A stretch of 64,000 bases of DNA from Nemertoderma westbladi. Its lineage: Eukaryota > Animalia > Xenacoelomorpha. Of this stretch, positions 41,801-52,738 are shown piece by piece. The stretch covers positions 124,001-188,000 of the forward strand of contig JAUCBJ010007728.1 of assembly GCA_032718475.1 (NCBI GenBank), given 5' to 3'. How positions within the stretch are numbered: position 1 is the stretch's first letter; each line of letters begins with the position of its first letter. The position numbers and the translations under genes were made by a program. The notes beneath the pieces are model-generated. The model had not been told where the DNA came from and ran no database searches. It saw nothing but the letters and a program-made list of their open reading frames with translations.

Positions 41801-44550
41801 TATATGACGACACCACGAGCCGAGCTACAAGCCGCAACCCTGTCAACCACCATCGTGAACCTCATACAGACAGAACTACAGTCGAGTTTACAGATATTTT
41901 ATTGGACTGACGCGACGTTGGTTTTATTTTACATAAACAACGACACACTCGAATTCAAGACATTCGTAGCTAACCGTCGCGCGGAAATTCTAGACCGTTC
42001 AATAAAAGAGGATTGGCGACATTGTCCCGGACCACAAAACCCAGCTGATATTGCGTCGCGAGGAATGATGCCTGAGGAATTCTGTAAACCGGAGAACAAA
42101 GAATTTTGGCAACACGGACCCCAATTCTTGCAGAAATCGACACAAGATTGGCCTCCGTTATACGACAACAAATCTAACACTATCCCTAAGGACGCCGAAA
42201 TCAAGAAACCAAAAAAGGGGAAGACAAAGAAAAAGACGACGGCGGCAAAACTCAAGAAAAAACCGAAGGCGAAATGGAAAGATATAACTTCAAAGGTCAA
42301 GAGAGGAAGACTTGCGAGCCTTTCTACACCAGACATATCGCCAGACGGTCAACCAGACACGTTACTAGACGGTCAACCAGACGTTTTGCCAGACATATCA
42401 CAAAATGTTCTACCAGACACTAGTGACATACTGACAAACAGTAAAGCCGCAGTTTCCCTATTGGAGCGGCCTTCTATTGACAAACAACCAGATACGTTAC
42501 CAGACGTATCGCCAGACACATTACTAGACAGTCGACTAGACATTTTGTCAGAAACATCACAAAATGTTCTACCGGACATTAGTAATGTATTGACTAACAA
42601 TAAAGCCGCAGTTTCCCTATTGGAGCGGCCTTGTATTGACAAACTACCAAATTTGACACACTTGAGCAACCATAAGCACGGTGAAACCTCATGTATTACA
42701 GATGTGGGTAGTACCTACGCTAATGTAAATACAGGTGTTACTCTGCGCTCAAGAGACATACCGAACTTGCAACCTATGGTGAAACCTGGGATTAATATCG
42801 GCAGAAAAATAAGTTTACCGAAAGCCACTGATCCCACAGAGTTCAAACCACCATTAACGATCGACTTACAAAGTACCGACAATCAAGGTAAGAAGACAAA
42901 GAAGGACAAATTACTTGTAGACCCGGACGGATCAACAGTCAACAAGGGATTACCTACCGGCGGACCCGTGGGCCCTTCTAGTAATTCAAAACCTTCCAAA
43001 ATCTCCATTGACTTACCTGATGACGTCACAAATACTTACGTCGACCGTATTGTAAACCTAACAGATTCTTGGACAAACGCTTGCCGAAAATTAGCGTGGA
43101 TTGTACGTTTTGTACAATACGTTAAAGGCAAACGTGACTTTACACGTCGACTTACATTGGCTGAGATTGACAGGTGTGAGATTAAATTAATTCGCCATTA
43201 TCAACTGCGATATTTCGCGCGCGAATTCACATCCATAAATCAAGGTCAACCAATCAAGTCGTCACCAATACTGAGTTGGAGTCCGATTATTTATAATGGC
43301 TTGATTTGTCATAAATCTCGGCTTCAAAACATTGACTTTAACACAAACTTTAGGTACCCAATAATAATACCGCAACATCACGAACTACAACGTGCAATGA
43401 TACTGGACGCACATTTACATCTGAAACACGCTGGAAGACACCACTGTCTTTCCTACTTACGTACTAGATTTGTATTAATTAGACCCAGTAAAGCATTAAG
43501 TTCAGTGACACGTACGTGTATTATTTGTAAAAAGGTACATTCTTGAATAGGTACCCAAGAAATGAGTGAACTACCACAAGCACGACTTCAAGCATTCAGA
43601 CCACCTTTTACAGAGACTGGAATTGATTGCTTTGGTCCCATACATACGAAACGTGGACGTATACTAGTAAAACGCTGGGGACTGATTTTCACATGTATGT
43701 CCAGTAGGGCAGTTCATAATGAACGTGTGATGGATCTTTCCACCAACGCGTTTATACTAGCATTGCGGCGATTTATCGCTAGACGCGGACTAGTGAAATG
43801 CTTGTACTCAGACCAAGGGACAAACTTTGTTGGTGTTCGGAATGAGATTGCTAGAGCCTTTAAGAAATTAGATCATGATCAAATCTCGAACGAACTACAA
43901 CCTCATAAGATTGTTTGGAAGTTTAATCCTCCAGATAGTCCATGGAGAGGCGGAGTCTGGGAGAGATTGATTAGATCTATCAAGACAGCCATGGCAAAAG
44001 TCATTCCAGTAAACCACATACTGACAGACGACCAACTGACAACACTGTTTGTTGAAATCGAGGCAATACTAAATACTAGACCAATAGTATTAGTACCCGA
44101 TGACAAACAATCTCAATTCGCTTTGACACCGGCACACCTGCTAATGCAGGCACCGACACCACTTTGACGCCGATTTCTATTCCAATAGAAAGCGACAGCT
44201 ACGGTAGAAAAGCGTGGAAAATCACGCAACTACTGGCTAACAAATTCTGGGAAATATGGCAAAACCATTATTTGCCCTCTATTTCTGCCAGAACAAACTG
44301 GTACAATAACACCCGCGCATTAAAGCCGGGAGATCACGTGCTGTTAGCGGAAGTGAATCTAAAAAGACGCTTCTGGATAACAGGTGTAATTTTAGCCACA
44401 CATCCATCCATGGATGGAGTGACAAGAACTGTGACGGTACGGACAATTGACGGTCGTACAGTAGACAGACCGACTCAACGTCTCGTACTTCTTGAAGAGA
44501 CTCGTAACGAGTCTGGAGACTACAAATCTCCACCTAATACTAGTAAATAA
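35891..44550 (+). pseudogene. gag-pol: BEL/Pao gag-pol polyprotein with two in-frame stops (37268, 43544) and a frameshift (~44165)
   Basis: ORFs 35891, 37328 and 43562 share a frame. Coiled-coil N-terminus, PPKFSG..W..F, CQYC..H..C / CWRCTRHGHVRKDC / CPSCGRNHDGLLH, ILDSAS protease, FYVDDGL, FSDAS, NPADIASRG, DCFGP, SDQGTNF, WERLI. Confidence 0.95.
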
Positions 44551-44653
44551 TTAGGAGTTTACAAATAGATTTCCACGTACCTGTACACCGTAGTAAGGAC
44601 AGCGGTAGAATTCCATTGTCTTTATATGTGAACATTGAGGGTAGTACCCTTAT

Positions 44654-45697
44654 TAGGGTAGGTCGATTTTTACTTTTTTTGGATATCTAGATTTTCTCAT
44701 TGATAAAAAGTGGCCTTGGGTCCTAAAACTTTGTAGAAACGAAATTTTAACTCCTAAAAATCATGTTTGACCCCTGCACTGGACGTCGTCCAGTTCCCGC
44801 CCTAGCCGCTAGTGAGTCATTTTCCCAATTATTGTGATGATCAACTTCTAGTATTCCTACCGCATTGATATTATGCTCATTAGAACCGCAATGACCGATT
44901 TAGTTGGTGTAGACACCTTCAAAACAAGCATAGAGCGAGTAGTTTTTGAGATATTGCAGAATATGTGAAGTCCGGTACAAGTCAACATTAGCGCCTTGAT
45001 GCGGTATTGACAAATACACTAAAAATGATACTTCTAATTATCTCAAGGCATCCACAATTTACACATAACTGCAGTGATCAATTTAGGGGATGTTGAAACT
45101 CTAATAATATGAGTTCAGTGATTAGTTCTCGAGTTATTGTACAAAACGTCTGGATTGAGTCAGCTCAATATAAGGTCATTAATTGGTGGACATAACCTTG
45201 ACATTTTGTACAATAACTCGAAAACTAATCACTCAATTAATATTTTTAGAGTGTCAACATCCCCTAAATTGATCATTGCAGTTATGTGGGAATTGTGGTT
45301 GCCTTGAGAAAATTAGAATTATAATTTTTAGTGTATTTGTCAATACCGCATCAAGGCGCTAATGTTGACTTGTACCGGACTTCACAAATTCTGCAATATC
45401 TTAAAAAACTACTCGCTCTATGCTTGTTTTGAAGGTGTCTACACCAACTAAATCGGTCATTGCGGTTCTAATGAGCATAATATCAATGCGGTAGGAATAC
45501 TAGAAGTTGATCATCACAATAATTGGGAAAATGACTCACTAGCGGCTAGGGCAGGAACTGGACGACGTCCAGTGCAGGGGTCAAACATGATTTTTAGGAG
45601 TTAAAATTTCGTTTCTACAAAGTTTTAGGACCCAAGGCCACTTTTTATCAATGAGAAAATCTAGATATCCAAAAAAAGTAAAAATCGACCCACCCTA
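44654..45697. mobile_element. Non-autonomous hAT-type foldback MITE (1044 bp)
   Basis: Termini TAGGGTAGGTCG...CGACCCACCCTA; 8-bp TSD ACCCTTAT (44646-44653, 45698-45705); ~497-bp inverted arms; empty site visible in element A (~28715). Confidence 0.93.
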
Positions 45698-46018
45698 ACC
45701 CTTATGTGTCACATAGGAGCGGGATTTGTAGGTATAAGAAATGGAATTCTACTTGGAACTCACAATATTTAGACAATCCATTTGGATTTGAAAAATTTTT
45801 AAAAAAAAAAAATTTTCTCCAGTGAATAGATTTCAGGGTCCAGTCGGGTGGAACTTAAAATTAGAGAAACAAGAGAGGAAGACTTGCGAGCCTTTCTTAA
45901 AATTTTAATTAAATTTTACACGGTCTTGTTTCAATAAGTTACGTCAAAATAGACTCCCCTATATATTTATTACTAATTCTTGACTGCTTATTTTCTGATA
46001 ATAGTTTGGGATCAAAAA

Positions 46019-46226
46019 GTGAGTATTTTAGACTCACAGCCAGTTTAGCCCAAATTCGTTTTTACTTCGGCAAAAAAAAAATTTTAGATAAGAAGCAGCG
46101 TGTCATTAAAGAAACCCTAGATCTTAGGCTATGGGTAGGAGGTTAGAGCGTTGTCGAGCCCAAAGGGCAGACGAAACTCTCACGTCTCCTCACAACTAAC
46201 TACAAACTCTGTTGTATTCCCTCTAG
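46019..46226 (+). other. Predicted intron in ORF2 leader (element B)
   Basis: Donor GTGAGT at 46019, branch point ACTAAC at 46195, acceptor TTGTATTCCCTCTAG|TAG, ATG at 46257. Confidence 0.6.
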
Positions 46227-46256
46227 TAGTAATGATTATGTAACTACACCCTAATT

Positions 46257-49200
46257 ATGGAGAAAGGGATACAAGGAGAGCCGAGATGGGGATATGATAT
46301 CCAAGAGGAGGCAGCAGCGCCATTCGAAAGATTTGGAGCCAAGGACTACACTATATTTGGTATAAAGGAATTATCGGAAAGTACAGCGAAACTCGCGAGA
46401 ACTAAATATGACTCGAACGTATTAAAGAGAAGGCAAAACGCATTAAACGAAAGAATCGAAAGTTTGCGCCAAACCTTCAACGAACTTTACCCGTACGATG
46501 CTTTGTGTGATACGGGAGACATTAGCGAAGACCCCGATACTGAAATTAGTCGTTTGTATCATACCATGCAATACCTAAAGGCGCACGAACCTATGCCCGT
46601 GGTACGCGATGAATTTGAAGGAATGCATCTTTACAGACGAACTCGAGGGGACGATAGATAAACCAAGGAAGCATTTTCAGTTTATAAACTTTATTATCAA
46701 TGCGGTTCTTGTATGCGCGAACAACGAAATGCGATCCCGATGCGTTTGAATAAGGAAAATCCCGAACCGATATTGGCGAGGTGTTCGAATCATCAACAAC
46801 TACGCTACCAGGAAGGAGGGTATCCTTTATCGAATCCATATCATTCATTTGCTATGACCGGACCAAAGGCGGGAGAAACTGTCATTTACCCACCTAAGGT
46901 TGTTGAACCCGATGTATTTGAACTTACGCTGGACGAGGCGAATCAGTCAACCCGCGAAAAGAAAGAAGCTCTTAGCCTATACAGAGCCTACAAGGCTTTC
47001 GAGAAAGGTGAGATGGAAGAATGGGGTGGAAGACTCGCGAGCCTACCTTGCCATTGGACGTCACACGATCAAACTTCAGCTAAGGAGATGACACCGGAAG
47101 TTTTCGAGAGCATAAACTTTGCTCAAAACGTTATTCAGAGACTACAGATTGCATCCCCGGAGAGGCCAAGAGAAATGCAACCGTATAGTACTTCAACTAC
47201 GAAACCATTGAGTACGACACTCAATTTCCCTATTAGTATACCAGTCCGACAGGATACGACGTACGAAATACCCATCGTGGATCATCCAGAAATCATTTCA
47301 AACTTGGAGTTTCTTCCTGCAGTTGTTTTCAGCGATATGAGTAAGATATATGATTTACGTAGACATATTACTCAAAAGGTCGTGTACAACGTTCCACCTC
47401 ATATTCAAGATTTCAAGGAACTGGATAGAGCTGGTGCCGATATAGCTCCGAGTAATCTGAAAGGATATCTAACCAAGACGATTCGTTTATGGATTGGAAC
47501 CGGAACCTTCGAGTCGGATACAGATATTGCCGCAGATTGGCGAGGTAAGGTTATTCGTTTCGATGAGGATAAGGATATAGAGAAGATTTGGCAACCTTCG
47601 GAAGAATTGTTGGATGAATGGAATAGGACGTTTAGATCGTTTCAGGAAAACGGTTACATGTTTTACGATAACGAGGGCGGCAGTCATCAGCAGAGTTTGA
47701 CTTCTAAGACTATACAGATTAGAGCGGCGGACGGAGTCCTGCACGTTTTCAGTAGACAGAGGAGCGACAAACGAATGCCGATACCTCCAGCGAATACAAA
47801 GCGACACCATCTTATCACCGATATAGTAAAGAAGATGGACCAAGCTTGTAATATTGACGCTAGAATGCTACCGAAGATGGTAAGAAACATGATTTTAGAT
47901 AAAACTGTTGTAAAGGTTGGATCAGGAGTAAGGGAGGATTTAATTAGCGACTTCGCCGGCATGACGGACAGCGATGACCGACTACCGACACCTTACGTCG
48001 ACACTCGACCTCTTATTCTGTGGTCTATAGAACAGGGATATTTTCGTGAGTATAATACTCAGAAGACTGGAACTGGATACATTTCCTACCTGTTATTCAA
48101 TTGGGATTATAAGGAAGGTAAGAGAAACAAGTATATTGAAACTTATGGAGAAGGTGATACTCCAGATATGAGTGAGTTTGAATCACAGCTTAAATGGAGA
48201 GGATGCGTGTATTGGGCTATTACGTCACCTCCAAGAGCGGTCTTACAATATTATTTAGCAATAGAGTCGTCAGTGAATGTTTGCCTAATCGCCGACATTG
48301 TGTCTCGGACTCTCAAAAGACATCCACTTTGTCTCGGAGAAGATCATACGTTCTACATGGAAGGGAGAATTCGTACCGACGTGTTTAGACGATTCCTTGA
48401 ACCCTTCTACAACTCCGACGCTCAGTGTAATGCCTTTACTCGAGCAGGATTTAGTATATTTCGAGACGTGTATCTTCGCTGTGCGGGATCTCTTATCGAA
48501 AGACCATCTATGTTTACATTGTTACCCTATGAAGGAGAACGTATCGTGGAAATTACGGATGAATCACGGCAGACGCGCGCGCCTATCGGTCACCTTGGTG
48601 ATGAATTCGAAGTAACTACTACGATCGCCGACGATCCTTTAGAGGAACTTCTTGAGATAGAAAGGAACCTCCCGAAGAAATCTCAGACGGAGATTCGACA
48701 ACTTGAAGCAACAGATGCTATAGTTTGTATACAACCTTCAGAAACCTACCAACCCATAGACCCAGATGATTACGATTATAGTATGGGAGGAAGCGCTCGA
48801 CCGATTGGAGATCTTATATACGAACGAGTGTGGTACCCTGCCAATACGATGTGTAGTAAATGTGGCGTCGCTGGACATCATATGGCAAAGTGCAGTGGAA
48901 AGCACATTACTACGACTCAGCTAATCTGTGGATGGTGTGGGGATCAAGGGTCTCATACCTTTTATACTTGCTGGAGATTTATGGCTCAATGTACTTATTG
49001 CAATATAAAGGGACATCGAGCATCTGAATGCCAACTAAGAGACATACCTTATGAACACGAATCTGTAAAACTCGTGAGGAAATTATTTGATGAGTGGGAA
49101 GATTTAGCCGACGAACATGTATCGGCACAAAGAAGACGGTTTCCGATGAGAGCGCATCTCGGATTTTGGGCGGTAAATCCCCAAACGATGATGTCGGAAG

Positions 49201-49982
49201 GATATATCTCCGCTATGCCCCAATATGACGAACTTATCGAGGTTGTCGATATTTTGCCCCACGACAGCGGATTCCGAGTGGTGCGCGAGTATCTACTACA
49301 GATTCACCCGGATAACAAAAACACGTGGAATTTTCAGAAAGTCGTTAATCGGATTACGTATGGTGAATTCGATCGTTTCCGAACTGAAAAGCGGAACAAG
49401 GGAGCTTGGTTAACCGTCGCATGGGCGTACCGAGCCGCGTTTTACCACAAACGTATACGAGCGAGCGTATTCGAGGAAGAGGAGGTCCTAGAGGCGACGA
49501 ATATACCAGCCACTCCGGTTGCGCCGTCTGCACGTCACCCTCGGGAGGACGGGCAGGGTAGGATCATACGGGTCCAGAAAGTGGGCCAACAATTAAAGAA
49601 AATTATTAATGTAGAAGAACGCAAGGGAGTTGAGCCGACCATTCGAGTTACTCGGGATACGGTATCACTTCCAAGAGAACCAGTAGGAGGATCGGGACAT
49701 ACACCAGCTGATCAACAGGGGGCGCAAGCCACTCTTGGGTCTGCGTCGTCCGCCTTTCGCGCGTTCCCAGACGTTCTACCAACTGTAGTGACGACTGATC
49801 GGTCACGAGGAATCGGTCGAGGTTTTGGGATGCCAAATAGACGAATTTGCGAGGAAATAGTCGCACCGTCTCTCAACGTCCCAAGTAAACCAGTGACTCG
49901 CCCCATTAGTCCCATATCGCGAGCAAAGTCACCTGTGCGCAGTTTTCGAGGACGCGGCAGGGCTCGATCCACTAAGCGATAA
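46257..49982 (+). pseudogene. ORF2 of BEL B (~1241 aa, one nonsense at 46659): DEDDy exonuclease + triple zinc knuckle + RS/RG tail
   Basis: ORFs 46257 and 46713 are in frame, and the TAA aligns to Glu in element A. ExoI FYDNEG, ExoII KVGSGVRED, ExoIII-like YYLAIE; CSKCGVAGHHMAKC, CGWCGDQGSHTFYTC, CTYCNIKGHRASEC. Confidence 0.85.
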
Positions 49983-50834
49983 AAGGGAGGGCAAGGGTGG
50001 ACGGAAGACTCGTGAGCATTTCTTATGATTTTGTGATTTATTTGAATTTATATTTATATTTGTGCTTATTCCGAACTTATGCAATTTGTATTGTTCCGAA
50101 TTTATGAAATTTAGAAATAAGAACTTATATTTTAGTAAAACTTATATTTAGTAAGACTTATATTTGTAAGAATTTATATTTTATATTTACGTGATTATTT
50201 CGAACTTATGCAATTTATATTATTCCGAACTTATGCAATTTATATTGTTCCGAATATTATGCAATTTATATCTTATAAGCAGTATTTGTATTTACAGTGA
50301 AACAGAAAGTAAGAGTAGATGGAAGACTCGTGGGCCTTTCTTATAGTTTTATTTGTAAAGTGTTATATTTTGTATTTAGAAAGTTTTATAGTCAGAAAAT
50401 TTTGTGCTTAGAAAGACTCATATTTGTAATTATTCCAAACTTATGCAATCTACATTTAGGTACGAAAGTATTTGTAATTACTTGAATTTATGCAATATTT
50501 GAGATGCAATAGTAGATGGAAGACTCGCGAGCCTTTCTTATTGTTTTCATTTATTTGTATTTGTAATTGTTTGAATTTATGCAATATTGAGATGCAATAG
50601 ATTTATATTGGTGAATTTAATTTAGATTTATATTGTACTTACTTAGTAAAGCCTTAAATACGTAAAGTTTGAATTTGTAATTATTTTGTATCGAATCATT
50701 ACGTAGAAAGGAAGTATTGTTTGAAATTTAATTGTAAATATGTAAGTACGCCCTAAGTATTCTATAGTTTGATTGATTATTGGTGAAAACCGTATATTTT
50801 ATGCACGATAATATCCTGTTTTCATGGAGCGGTA

Positions 50835-52738
50835 TAGAATTATATTCCCTAAATGCCGTGGATTTTCAAAATTTTATTTTATTCGGATTAACTTTGTAAA
50901 GATTGCTTTGAGTTCTCATTCGTATTGGTTCTATCATTTGTGCACCTATCGGTCAAGTGGTTCAGTAGCTCAGTCGGTAGAGCGTTGGAAATTATATGTG
51001 TAGTAGGTATTGAGTTCGAATCCTAGTAAGTGCGAATTATTTTTTGTACAGAATTTCAACTCATTTGAATTAACCGCTACAAATTAATTGCATTTGTCTG
51101 TACCAATGAGACTGTAGTTATTTGATTGTAACCAATGTCGTGCAAGTTATATATTAGCTGGACCAATAGCTATCTTTAAAACCCTGTTAGAACCTATAGA
51201 ACGATCGAGAATTTTCTCGATTGATTGCAGCACAAATTTGCTATATAAAGGTGCGATTTGTTCATTAGTTATATATCTACTTACAACAATCTATTATATT
51301 AATATTCACATCTATTCTGTCGTGCTTAGTTTATTTCAGATTACATTGTACATATTATTATAATCTTTTGTAATAAAAGTTAGAAATACTTGTCAATCTC
51401 AGCCCTTTTCTATCTGTTTTACCATGGATTCACTACGGTGAACAAACTTAGGGACAGGATGGCCGGCTAGAGATCGGGCCGCAGCAATGAACGGGAACAT
51501 CACGGGAATGTAGACGAGAGACAACCCGCAATACCATCTAGAGTTATTCGCCCATCGCCTGAAAGGTTAGACAGCGTTCGACGCCTTGCTACCTAAGTAT
51601 AAGACCAAAGATCAAAAGGTAGACGTAGTGACACGCTGTAAGCCTAAAATTACATCATAGGGACTGTACTGTCTTGATTCAGGAAAAACCGCAGTAGACC
51701 TTCATATTCCTACGGGGGGGAGGGAGAGAGAGCAGGCAGATACTAGTACGCAGATAGGACGTAGGCACACCGGTACAAGGCATACAATTGGTTAGGGTGC
51801 AGCAAACTGTACGCTTAACTCTTGCTAAGTACAGGTGTGTGTGCGACTATTTGTAGTACGACAGTGTCCATTGCATTAGAACTTGTAGGCTAGGGGGGTT
51901 GCTGTGTTTTCACCTGAATTGGGATTGTACCGTTCAGGCGGTAGGGCAGTTTACACTAGGCGCAAATAAATTGAGGCTATCAGGGATACTAACATCTACC
52001 GTGTCCCCGCCAACGCCCTAATAGGAAGTTACCCGGACTACCTGGGTGACTAAAATTCTAGATAGGAGCCAGGATAGCTATTAGTACCTGTACGCCTACA
52101 GTAGTAAACTAACACATCTCTTCTTAGTATCAGGGACCTGGTACCTAAAATTGCCGAATTCTGGGCGTAGCATTAACCCTATGCCTGAATTTGAGTCCTG
52201 GAAATACGCAAGAGGGGAAGGAACCTTATCATTCGTGAGTATTGGACCTACAAGTTACAAAATTAGAATATTCGTAAAATGCACACCGTACCCAGTAATT
52301 ATATATGTGAAGGAGCAAAACTGTTTTGACCGTTCAGAATTAACACACGCGCGTTAGAAATTATTTACACCTCAAAATATATAAAATTAACTTTGTCCGT
52401 ACTGTGCTTTGCCCGCTAGTTAGACATCTCCAAATCTCTGCCTGTACCTAGCTAGCGTCTCTTCGCCCAACCATATAAATCACACCGCGGCAAAGTATAC
52501 GAGCCCCTTAGTCCGTCAGTGAGTCAGCCTGATTTTAGGATTCGCTGCGCGGGATTTTGTTTTATCGAAGTTTGTCTGCTCGTAGACTGTTTTCTGCCTC
52601 ACCGGTTATAAGAGATCGATACTGCAATATATTCGCTTACTTAGAGTTTACTGTTTTGGTGAGAAGGTCGGATTTATGATTTGATTTACAAACTTTACAG
52701 TAGGATATTGCAGGTATTGTTACCGTCTCTTCCAATTA
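50835..52738 (+). repeat. 3' LTR of BEL element B, 3'-truncated
   Basis: Follows CTGTTTTCATGGAGCGGTA (conserved with A); 51050-52738 repeats the 5' LTR; ends CCAATTA then satellite, with no terminal CA. Start inferred. Confidence 0.8.
50959..51045 (+). promoter_or_regulatory. tRNA-derived Pol III A/B-box module in LTR U3
   Basis: A-box TAGCTCAGTCGG (50966-50977), B-box GAGTTCGAATCC (51012-51023), T6 run at 51040-51045; no pairing acceptor or anticodon stems. Confidence 0.72.

Larger units (their letters stand above)
33485..52738 (+). mobile_element. BEL/Pao LTR retrotransposon B (~19 kb), both outer ends truncated
   Basis: Long direct repeats flank gag-pol and ORF2; BEL triple Cys-His gag motifs; no TSD. 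Confidence 0.94.

Noticed and set aside
44653-44658. TTAGGG / CCCTAA telomeric seeds
   Set aside because: Single units formed by the TSD plus the hAT terminal repeat.
16537-49972. Many short antisense or alternative-frame ORFs overlapping gag, pol and ORF2
   Set aside because: Shadows of long coding frames with no recognisable motifs.
46257-49982. ORF2 as an envelope gene
   Set aside because: No signal peptide, transmembrane anchor or glycoprotein-type cysteine pattern; it has exonuclease and knuckle motifs instead.
50959-51034. Functional tRNA gene
   Set aside because: Acceptor and anticodon stems do not pair; only the promoter boxes remain.
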